Assembly: GCF_000619845.1 (NCBI RefSeq)
Contig: NZ_JHUX01000003.1
Location: forward strand, 30,001-62,000
Direction of reading: 5' to 3'
Length of the DNA stretch: 32,000 nt
Source: Alkanindiges illinoisensis DSM 15370
GTDB taxonomy: Bacteria; Pseudomonadota; Gammaproteobacteria; Pseudomonadales; Moraxellaceae
This document shows positions 1 to 7,406 of the stretch, piece after piece. The stretch's first letter is position 1. Each line of letters opens with the position of its first letter. The notes beneath the pieces were generated by a model. That model searched no databases. It was not told the DNA's origin and was given only the letters and a program-made list of their open reading frames with translations. The position numbers and the translations under genes are program-made.

Positions 1-2
1 GC

Positions 3-446
3 GGCAAGTTTAACAACGGTGAAGTGCAGATTATGGCAGGCCCGGCACTGATCTTTAAACCGATGGAGCTGTCCAAAGGCATGATTGGCCCAAATGGAGA
101 AATCAAAGGGGCAATTATCCGCTTTCCACTCATGCAGGTGACTGGCGTGCTGATGATGCACCGGGGCAAATTCCCAGATGGTCTGGGGCAAATTGTGCGT
201 GAGGTTAGTTCGCTTAACCTTGCGCCTGCCTACGATTTTGTCTATCAAACCGAAAATGATATCCCGGTAAAATACTGGATGGATGTACCCGGCACCGACA
301 AACCGGGCTATCTAAAAATGATGCGTGAAGCCCGGATTGCCATGACCCAGGACGGTTATTACGACAAAACCATGATGCAGTTTTTAAAGCGGGTACGTTG
401 CAAGTTTGAACCGACCAACTACGAATGCAGCATGAATGAGGAATAA
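3..446 (+). CDS. C-terminal fragment of a conserved hypothetical protein (5' end lies outside the window)
   Basis: The frame is open from the window edge to TAA at 444-446 and is followed by a hairpin plus T-run. I do not recognise the family from the ~147 visible residues. Confidence 0.55.
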   Translation, partial: GKFNNGEVQIMAGPALIFKPMELSKGMIGPNGEIKGAIIRFPLMQVTGVLMMHRGKFPDGLGQIVREVSSLNLAPAYDFVYQTENDIPVKYWMDVPGTDKPGYLKMMREARIAMTQDGYYDKTMMQFLKRVRCKFEPTNYECSMNEE

Positions 447-508
447 CAGATTCTAGTAAATCAGACCAAATCTGCAAAACTAAATCTACAAAGCCAAATC
501 TATAAGCA

Positions 509-542
509 GGGGCCGATTGATCAAACCGGCCTTGTTTTTTTA
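509..542 (+). terminator. Rho-independent terminator after the partial upstream gene
   Basis: GGCCG (511-515) pairs with CGGCC (527-531), plus flanking G-U pairs, and is followed by TGTTTTTTTT. Confidence 0.6.
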
Positions 543-649
543 AGCGAATACAAACCATAAATTTTAAAAACCAGCATTGCAGGGCAGGCATAGGCAATTT
601 TCGATTCTTTAAAAAGTCTAAAACAGACAATGCTTAATTAAATAGCAAG

Positions 650-686
650 ATGTCTTTAAATGAATGATCAATGTCTGTTAATGAAT
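650..686 (+). promoter_or_regulatory. Candidate AraC-type (AlkR) operator: two 16-nt direct repeats spaced 21 bp apart upstream of alkB
   Basis: ATGTCTTTAAATGAAT (650-665) and ATGTCTGTTAATGAAT (671-686) match at 14/16 positions with a start-to-start distance of 21 bp. A related inverted half-site AACAGACAATG lies near 622-632. A weak -10 CACAAT (709-714) follows. Confidence 0.35.
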
Positions 687-754
687 TTCAGCAAAAAACG
701 CCAAGCGCCACAATTTGCTTTATCAAGACAAGATAAAACGCTGTGGAGCCGGTG

Positions 755-1972
755 ATGAATGCAATAAACCCTATTGATTTATCCAAACCTTCGGTCAAGT
801 TCAGGGACAACAAACGAAAACTATGGCTGTTGGGGCTGGTAGTTCCCAATATTGCCAATGCGGCTTTTCTGGGCTATCAGTTTGGCCCCAGGATAACCCG
901 GAAACTATTTGCCTCGGCTGGCCCGCTGGCCTTGCATCTGATCATTCCAGCCATTGATAAACATCTGGGTGAAGACCCTGACAACCCGCCAGAAGAAGCC
1001 ATTGCAGCGCTGGAGCATGATCCCTACTATGCACGGGTAGTCAAGTTATTCATTCCCTTTCAACTGGCAGCCAATGTTTATGGCAACTATATTGCCAGCA
1101 GAACGACCACGCCACTGGCAGACCGGATTTTGTTTGGCCATCTTCTGGGTGTGGTCAATGGCGTTGCAATCAATACTGCCCATGAACTCAGTCACAAATC
1201 CGGCAAGCTTGAACATTATTTATCGCATCTGTGTCTGGCGCCTACGGGCTACAATCATTTTCGCATTGAGCATCCGTATGGCCATCACCGCCGCGTGGCA
1301 ACCCCTGAAGACCCGGCATCTTCGCAACTGGGTGAAAGCTTCTGGCAATTCTGGCCGCGCACCGTCGTTGGAAGTTTCAAGTCTGCCATTGATATTGAAA
1401 CCCGACGTTTAGAGCGTAAAGGCAAAACATTCTGGTCGCTGGATAATGAACTGATTCACGGCTGGGCCATGAGTGCGGCGTATCATCTGCTCATGCTGAA
1501 ATGCTTTGGCCCCCGCATTATTCCAACCCAGGTAACACAGGCATTGTGTGGCATCACCCTGTTTGAAGCCGTCAATTATATGGAACATTATGGCCTCAAG
1601 CGCGAAGACTTAGGCAACGGGCGTTATGCGCGAACCATGCCGGAACATAGCTGGAACAATAACAGCATGTTTAGTAATGTCCTGTTATACCAGCTCCAGC
1701 GGCATTCCGATCATCATGCTTATCCCACGCGCAGTTTTCAGTCACTGCGGCATTATGACAATGTACCGCAATTACCTGCCGGCTATGCCAGTATGGTATT
1801 GCCCGCCCTGATTCCAGGCTGGTGGTTTAAGCAAATGGATGAACGAGTGATTCAGCACTATGCAGGGCAGATTGATAAGCTCAATATTTATCCCAAAGCG
1901 CGTCAGAAGCTGTTAAGCAAGTACGCACATTTATTTAACCTCGCAGCAAAACCAGCTGTTTTGGCAAAGTGA
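755..1972 (+). CDS. alkB: Integral-membrane alkane 1-monooxygenase (AlkB/AlkM family)
   Basis: All AlkB histidine boxes are present: [34 protein letters not shown]. The ATG at 755 is preceded by GGAG (745-748). The tracked GTG at 743 overlaps that SD. Confidence 0.93.
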   Translation: MNAINPIDLSKPSVKFRDNKRKLWLLGLVVPNIANAAFLGYQFGPRITRKLFASAGPLALHLIIPAIDKHLGEDPDNPPEEAIAALEHDPYYARVVKLFIPFQLAANVYGNYIASRTTTPLADRILFGHLLGVVNGVAINTAHELSHKSGKLEHYLSHLCLAPTGYNHFRIEHPYGHHRRVATPEDPASSQLGESFWQFWPRTVVGSFKSAIDIETRRLERKGKTFWSLDNELIHGWAMSAAYHLLMLKCFGPRIIPTQVTQALCGITLFEAVNYMEHYGLKREDLGNGRYARTMPEHSWNNNSMFSNVLLYQLQRHSDHHAYPTRSFQSLRHYDNVPQLPAGYASMVLPALIPGWWFKQMDERVIQHYAGQIDKLNIYPKARQKLLSKYAHLFNLAAKPAVLAK

Positions 1973-1979
1973 GCGTCAC

Positions 1980-2144
1980 ATGAAAAAATACCAATGTATT
2001 GTGTGCGGCTGGATCTATGACGAAGCGCAAGGCTGGCCCGCAGAAGGGATTGACGCTGGCACGCGCTGGGAAGATATTCAAGCCCACTGGTCATGTCCTG
2101 ACTGTGGAGTGAGTAACTCTGATTTTGAAATGATTATGCTGTGA
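1980..2144 (+). CDS. rubA: Rubredoxin (54 aa), electron carrier for AlkB
   Basis: Hand translation gives [54 protein letters not shown]. It has two CxxCG knuckles and resembles Acinetobacter RubA. It starts 7 nt after the alkB stop and is below the ORF-track size cut-off. Confidence 0.9.
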   Translation: MKKYQCIVCGWIYDEAQGWPAEGIDAGTRWEDIQAHWSCPDCGVSNSDFEMIML

Positions 2145-2186
2145 AGCATTAACCTTTAAGGAATTTAAGGTTGATGTGCTAAAACG

Positions 2187-3299
2187 ATGCGAGGAATACT
2201 GAGCCTTTCCACAGGTTCAGTGTTTTTAAATTACTGTATTAAACCAGCCCTGACTCATGCAAAAATGATCAATAAAACCATTCCGCTTATTCCGGTGCGC
2301 TACTATTTGCGACTGATCGAACTCATTGCCGCAAGGAATATTTCCACGCAGGCCTTATGTGATGAGCTTAATATTGATATTGGAAAATTCCTGGCTGAAC
2401 CTGATCTCAAGGTGTCGATAGAGAAGGTAGAAAAATTTGTTCAGTACTGCTTAAAGTATCCGGCTAACCGCGATCTGGCCTTTGAGCTAGGCCGTTCATT
2501 GCACCTCAGCTCACATAGTCTGGTGGGTTATGCGATTTTAACTTGCGACACTATTGAACATGCCCTCAGGCTGGTTACCCGTTACTTTAGCTTGATCATG
2601 CCCAGCTTCAAGGCGTTCATCCATTATAACCCGCACAACCAGATGGAACTAACCATTGAACCTGAACTGCTGCTGGAACCGCTCACCCTGAATTTTCATA
2701 TTGAAGCCATTGCCGTTGCGCTGCAAAATAATATTAACGAGTTAATCAGCCAGCAGCTGGCCAGCTATCATATTTTTTTGTCCATCCCTGAGCCGTTGCA
2801 TGTGCATAAATTCAATCAATTAACTTCGGCAAAATTTCATTTTAACAGCCTGCATAAGCCGGGAATAAAACTCATTTTAAGTCAAAGCCTGCTTGAGCAT
2901 AAATTACCGCTGGCTGACGAGATGACACTCAAGGCCGTAGAGCGACGGTGTCAGGAACAAATGAAGGAAATTACCTATGGACAGGATTTTCCCGAGTGGA
3001 TTGAACGGGTATTGATGAATGCTTACCAGATGCCAACCCTGGCTGAATGTGCAGACCTGCTGCATGTCTCAACCAAGACTTTGCAACGTCAGCTACGCAA
3101 GAAAAACACAGATTTTAATGTGATCAAGAAAAAGGTGATTACCCTAAGGGCCAAACAAAGACTTGCGCATTGTTCAGACAGCATTACCCAGATTGCCCAT
3201 GAACTGGGTTACTCATCATCATCGAATTTTGCGAGGGCATTTAAGGCGCTGGTTGGGATAAGTCCCGAAGGATATAGAGCAAATTGCAATAAAAGCTAG
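2187..3299 (+). CDS. AraC/XylS-family transcriptional regulator (AlkR-like)
   Basis: The C-terminal AraC HTH is visible (LAECADLLHVSTKTLQRQLRK...ITQIAHELGYSSSSNFARAFKALVGISPEGYR). The N-terminal part has a ligand-domain-like IPVRYYLRLIELI. The real start may be the ATG at 2265 (MINKTIPLIPVRYY). Confidence 0.85.
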   Translation: MRGILSLSTGSVFLNYCIKPALTHAKMINKTIPLIPVRYYLRLIELIAARNISTQALCDELNIDIGKFLAEPDLKVSIEKVEKFVQYCLKYPANRDLAFELGRSLHLSSHSLVGYAILTCDTIEHALRLVTRYFSLIMPSFKAFIHYNPHNQMELTIEPELLLEPLTLNFHIEAIAVALQNNINELISQQLASYHIFLSIPEPLHVHKFNQLTSAKFHFNSLHKPGIKLILSQSLLEHKLPLADEMTLKAVERRCQEQMKEITYGQDFPEWIERVLMNAYQMPTLAECADLLHVSTKTLQRQLRKKNTDFNVIKKKVITLRAKQRLAHCSDSITQIAHELGYSSSSNFARAFKALVGISPEGYRANCNKS

Positions 3300-3346
3300 C
3301 TGTTATAAAAGGCAGTTATTATAAAAATAATGGAATAGAAAAATAA

Positions 3347-3523
3347 ATGCTCCAAAGTGCCGCTGTGTGTCGTTACCCTTGAACCCTAAAGTTCAAGGCG
3401 GAGGCGACGCCAACTTACAGGCTTTCTACTCAGGGTAGACATGCACACAAAGTCAGCAGACCGCATCCATACGTGTTGATATCGGCTCAGGGGATTAGGA
3501 CACACTGGCGAACACTTCAGATT
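3347..3523 (-). ncRNA. ssrS: 6S RNA (SsrS)
   Basis: The reverse complement contains CCCCUGAGCCGAUAU and CCUUGAAC....GGGUUCAAGGGUAAC, which match my memory of E. coli 6S RNA. The 5' CUGAAGUGUUCGCCAGUGUGUC pairs with the 3' GACACACAGCGGCACUUUGGAG to form the closing stem. It sits in the canonical position just downstream of zapA. The ends are approximate to within a few nt. Confidence 0.85.
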
Positions 3524-3529
3524 GAATGC

Positions 3530-3557
3530 ATTATAACGCAGTCTTGGCTTACTGTAA
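3530..3557 (-). promoter_or_regulatory. sigma70-type promoter of 6S RNA
   Basis: On the minus strand: TTACAG (3557-3552), a 16-nt spacer, then a perfect TATAAT (3535-3530). The predicted start is A at about 3523, matching the 6S 5' end. Confidence 0.6.
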
Positions 3558-3664
3558 TCCCCACTGTTGTGCGTTTGCTTTATTTTTTAGCAAAGCTTTT
3601 GTGGCACTCTGTATAAAAAACAATTTTGGGTCTTGACCTTCATATTGTGAAGAAAAGGCACCAG

Positions 3665-3949
3665 TTAGCCCAGCTGTGCCAGTGATTTTTCCGCATCATT
3701 GATCATTTGCTTGATCAGGCGCTGACAGTGGGTTTGTTCCTGCAAGTCCTTATTAAGGCTTAAGACTTCCTGAGCCAGACTCAAGGCAGTTAATACCGCC
3801 ACGCGCTCGGATTCCAGTCTTGGCATGCTACGGCGCATGTCCTGAAGTTTTTGTTCCAGCAGGCTTACAGCTTTTTGCAGCTGTTCTTCCTCGCTAGGTT
3901 CACAAGCCAGTTTGTAGCTACGATCCAGAATTCTTACATCAACAGTCAT
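3665..3949 (-). CDS. zapA: Cell division protein ZapA
   Basis: The 94-aa product shows a ZapA-like pattern (VRILDRSYKLACEPSEEEQLQKAV...ERVAVLTALSLAQE). It lies immediately upstream of 6S RNA, as in E. coli. Confidence 0.88.
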   Translation of the reverse strand: MTVDVRILDRSYKLACEPSEEEQLQKAVSLLEQKLQDMRRSMPRLESERVAVLTALSLAQEVLSLNKDLQEQTHCQRLIKQMINDAEKSLAQLG

Positions 3950-4503
3950 GACTGATTTCCTTCTTCTTCAGCCGCAGGGTTTTCAAGCGCAGCAATGTCC
4001 TGATTGGCCTGTGATGGGTTTAAACCTTGTCCTAGCGACGCCAGCCGCTGAATAATGGCTTCCACTTTTTGCTTGGCATGTTCATTCTTAACGATTAAGC
4101 CATCACGTTCCTTGATCAGGCTTTGATGCTTCTGGCCCAGTTGCTGCTGGTCGCTGGCCAGCTTGTCACGTTCAGTCTTTAACTGGTCACGCACCACCAG
4201 TAAGGACTCAAAGCGATTTTTTAGCTCGCCCGCATTTTGTTCAAGGCGGCCATAGCGCTCGGCCAGCGCAGTCGCATCGGTTTGCAGGCTAATATAGCGC
4301 TGCTGGAATTGCTCCAGTTCCTGTTCCAGTTCCTGATTACGGACATTGGTAAGTTCCAGTGCTTCGCGCACTGCCGGGTCTTCCACCGTTTTTGGCTTGG
4401 CTTCCAGCGCGGTACGCAATTCCTGATTCTGCGTTTGCACCAATTGCAACTGAGTGGTTAATTTTTGAATGAGCGTTTGTAAACGCTGAACTTCTTCCAA
4501 CAT
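3946..4503 (-). CDS. Coiled-coil protein translationally coupled to zapA (ZapB-like architecture, family not recognised)
   Basis: The sequence is Q/E/L-rich with heptad character throughout. Its stop overlaps the zapA start (ATGA at 3949-3946). The likely start is the ATG at 4503 (MLEEVQRLQ...). The tracked ORF starts at a TTG at 4548. Confidence 0.7.
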   Translation of the reverse strand: MLEEVQRLQTLIQKLTTQLQLVQTQNQELRTALEAKPKTVEDPAVREALELTNVRNQELEQELEQFQQRYISLQTDATALAERYGRLEQNAGELKNRFESLLVVRDQLKTERDKLASDQQQLGQKHQSLIKERDGLIVKNEHAKQKVEAIIQRLASLGQGLNPSQANQDIAALENPAAEEEGNQS

Positions 4504-4568
4504 GATTGGGTCGCGTCGCTTAACAATGAAGAGTAATATAGAGGTCAAGATAGAGGTTGGTCAATGTA

Positions 4569-5207
4569 ATGCAAGACGATATTTCAGGTTGGAATGAATG
4601 GGAAGCCGCTTTTAAGGATATTCCTGAGCTGGCAAGCCCCAGTGAGCTGCATGGTTTGGTGATGGGAATTGTCGCAGTAGCGCAGGCACCCACAGGCGAC
4701 GAGTGGCAATATATGCTGCAACAGCTTGATTTTGAGCCACTGGATACCAATGCCCTGCAACTACTGGTGGATGAGGCAGAAGATGCCGCAGCAGCACTGG
4801 CTGACGATAGTCTGGATTATATGCCTATGCTGCCTGATGACCAGCATACCCTGGAAGAACGGGTGCAATGCCTGGCAGACTGGTGTAATGGCGTGGTGCT
4901 GGGTTTTGGCCTGGCTTCTGGCCACTTGCGTAATGATGAGTCTGAATTGTTACAAGATTTGCAGGATGTGGCTGCGGTTGAGTTTGAAGCCAGCGATGAT
5001 GACGAAGAAGGCGAGGCCAGCTATGCGGATCTGGTGGAATTTGTACGCCTGATTCCGGTGAGTCTTTCTACAGGGCGCCAGAAGCAGCCATTAGCCGAGA
5101 CAGCAATTTTTAAAAAAAATTTAAAAAATCAGGCATCGTCAGCCAGAACGGTGCAGGATGACAATATCTCCATTGTAGAGATGTTTACACCGGATCGGCC
5201 GTCCTGA
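4569..5207 (+). CDS. ygfB: UPF0149 family protein YgfB
   Basis: It has a YgfB-like N-terminus (..NEWEAAFKD...SPSELHGLVMGIV) and an acidic C-terminal half. It sits in the conserved position upstream of pepP and divergent from zapA. I preferred the ATG at 4569 over the tracked TTG at 4557. Confidence 0.8.
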   Translation: MQDDISGWNEWEAAFKDIPELASPSELHGLVMGIVAVAQAPTGDEWQYMLQQLDFEPLDTNALQLLVDEAEDAAAALADDSLDYMPMLPDDQHTLEERVQCLADWCNGVVLGFGLASGHLRNDESELLQDLQDVAAVEFEASDDDEEGEASYADLVEFVRLIPVSLSTGRQKQPLAETAIFKKNLKNQASSARTVQDDNISIVEMFTPDRPS

Positions 5208-5348
5208 GCTGCAACCTCCTGTGGTTAAGCCGACATTAACACCGATATTACGGCCTTAATCAATGTGACTTTAATAAAAATGCTTGCATTCCCTCGCGAA
5301 AAGAGGGAATGATCTTAAAAACCTCTGATTAGAGTCAATGATTACACG

Positions 5349-6659
5349 ATGACCTCACCAGCCCAAATGCCTTTTGCTTACCGCCGTGCCCGCCTGTTAG
5401 AACAAATGGGTGATGACGCCATTGCCATTATTGCCACCCGTGCAGAAATGTACCGTAACCGCGATGCCGACTATAAGTTTCGCGCTGATAGCAGCTTTTA
5501 TTATTTGACTGGTTTTGCCGAGCCGGAAGCAGTGGCAGTGCTGCAAACTGGTAGTGATCAGCTTTATACGCTGTTCTGCCGTGAGCGCAACCGGGAAATG
5601 GAAATCTGGAATGGCTTGCGTGCAGGGACAGAAGGCGCAGTGAGCCAGTATGCGGCGGATCAGGCCTTTACCATTGAACAGCTTGATGAGCAAATCATTA
5701 GTTTGCTCAGTGGTAAAAAACGTTTGTACGTGCGGCTGGGACAGGATGCTGCCTTTGATTTACGGGTAATAGGCTGGCTCAAGAAAATTGCGGCCAACCA
5801 GCGTCAGGGCGGGCAAGGGCCGGTGGAAATTATTCAGCTGGATTCCTTGCTGGATGAAATGCGCCTGTTCAAGGATGCGCATGAAATCGACCTGATGCAT
5901 CGCGCTGCGCAAATTAGTGCGCAGGCGCATGTGCGTGCCATGCAGCAGGTGAAGCCGGGTATGATGGAATATCAGCTTGAAGCTGAACTCTTGTATATCT
6001 TTGCGCAAAATGGCTGCCAGACTGCTTATAACAGCATTGTGGGTGGTGGTGCCAATGGTTGCATTTTGCATTATGTGGAAAACAACCAGCCCTTAAAGGA
6101 CGGTGACTTAGTGCTGATTGATGCGGGCGCTGAGCTGGATCATTATGCTGCAGATATTACCCGCACCTTTCCAGTCAATGGCAAGTTTTCGCCTGAGCAA
6201 AAAGCCCTATATGAGCTGGTATTAAAAGCGCAACTGGCTGCCATTGAAGCCACCAAGCCGGGCAATCATTATCGCTTGCCACATGAAACTGCCGTTAAGA
6301 TTCTCACTAAAGGGCTGGTTGAGCTGGGTTTATTGCAAGGTGATATTGATGAGTTAATTGCCAGCGAAGCCTATCGCCAGTTTTATATGCATGGCACAGG
6401 GCACTGGTTAGGCATGGATGTGCATGATGTAGGCAGCTATAAGCTAAACAATGAATGGCGGCCTTATCAACCCGGCATGGTGGTCACAGTTGAACCCGGC
6501 CTGTACATTGCTCCGGATGATGAAACCGTTGAGGCACGCTGGCGCGGCATTGGCATTCGTATTGAGGATGATGTGCTGGTCACTGAATCTGGTAATGAGG
6601 TATTAACCAAAGACGTGCCAAAAACCGTGGAAGAGATTGAAGGATTGATGGGCAAATAA
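5349..6659 (+). CDS. pepP: Xaa-Pro aminopeptidase (aminopeptidase P)
   Basis: The 436-aa product has M24B motifs (DLVLIDAGAELDHYAADITRTFP, HGTGHWLGMDVHD, VVTVEPGLY, GIRIEDDVLVT) and fits the ygfB-pepP-ubiH synteny. Confidence 0.93.
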   Translation: MTSPAQMPFAYRRARLLEQMGDDAIAIIATRAEMYRNRDADYKFRADSSFYYLTGFAEPEAVAVLQTGSDQLYTLFCRERNREMEIWNGLRAGTEGAVSQYAADQAFTIEQLDEQIISLLSGKKRLYVRLGQDAAFDLRVIGWLKKIAANQRQGGQGPVEIIQLDSLLDEMRLFKDAHEIDLMHRAAQISAQAHVRAMQQVKPGMMEYQLEAELLYIFAQNGCQTAYNSIVGGGANGCILHYVENNQPLKDGDLVLIDAGAELDHYAADITRTFPVNGKFSPEQKALYELVLKAQLAAIEATKPGNHYRLPHETAVKILTKGLVELGLLQGDIDELIASEAYRQFYMHGTGHWLGMDVHDVGSYKLNNEWRPYQPGMVVTVEPGLYIAPDDETVEARWRGIGIRIEDDVLVTESGNEVLTKDVPKTVEEIEGLMGK

Positions 6660-6689
6660 GAAATTGATAAAAAATATTGGAAAATAGAT

Positions 6690-7391
6690 ATGAGCGGTTG
6701 TGTTGCAGGAACCTTGATAAGGGTAAAAGAAGACAAAAATATACCATTGGAGTGGTGGAAGCCAATTGAACAGCTTCAGGTTGACGATTTGGTTTTGTGT
6801 AGGCCAGATACTGATGAAGATATTCAAGACTATAAGCCAGTGGTTAAAAACTTTAAATACACAAAAAAAGAGATATGGGCATTAAGAGTCTATGATCTTG
6901 TGGATGATATTACTACTGAGCAGCCGGGCTTATCAACTTATTTTGCTACACCGAACCATCCTGTGTGGAAGTGTGGAACAGCTTCACCTTCTCTGGAAAA
7001 ACAAAGCTTTAAGAAAACTAAAGGTCATTGGTTACGTGTAGATCAGCTCCAAGAAGGAGATGTGGTTAGGGATGTAAATAATAATCTATATTCAATAGCA
7101 CAAACGACACCATTATTTCAACTGCAAGATTCAAATCTTGCGTGGTTGCCTAGTAATGATGAATACCGTATAGGAGAATCTTATGGTCATGTCATTGACT
7201 TGAATGAATTAATTACCAGTAAGGTTGGCTTGGTAAGGACCGGTAAAGGATGCAATAATTATTATATTGATGAGAGTGGGAATCATATTCCCTATGTTGC
7301 AGATGTTTACAATGTTGAGATTGCCGATTTTCATACTTATTTCATAGGTATGGATGGCATATGGGTACACAATACAAATTTTCTGGATTAA
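6690..7391 (+). CDS. Stand-alone Hint-domain protein (pretoxin-HINT / bacterial intein-like)
   Basis: Cys4 lies in MSG|CVAGTLIRV, TPNH at aa 87-90, and the C-terminus reads VYNVEIADFHTYFIGMDGIWVHN|TNFLD. The gene is markedly AT-rich compared with its flanks. See findings. Confidence 0.75.
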   Translation: MSGCVAGTLIRVKEDKNIPLEWWKPIEQLQVDDLVLCRPDTDEDIQDYKPVVKNFKYTKKEIWALRVYDLVDDITTEQPGLSTYFATPNHPVWKCGTASPSLEKQSFKKTKGHWLRVDQLQEGDVVRDVNNNLYSIAQTTPLFQLQDSNLAWLPSNDEYRIGESYGHVIDLNELITSKVGLVRTGKGCNNYYIDESGNHIPYVADVYNVEIADFHTYFIGMDGIWVHNTNFLD

Positions 7392-7406
7392 CAAGGAACT
7401 AAAGTA

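Noticed and set aside
214-630. 138-aa minus-strand ORF
   Set aside because: It is antisense to the partial plus-strand CDS and runs through that gene's terminator hairpin. No motif supports it.
2151-2172. AACCTT...AAGGTT inverted repeat between rubredoxin and the AraC gene
   Set aside because: It is short and AT-rich with no U-run, which is insufficient to call it a terminator or operator.
5287-5311. 9-bp perfect hairpin CATTCCCTC-gcgaaaa-GAGGGAATG between ygfB and pepP as a terminator
   Set aside because: No U-tract follows it and the two genes are normally co-transcribed. It may be a stabiliser or attenuator, but I cannot call it a terminator.
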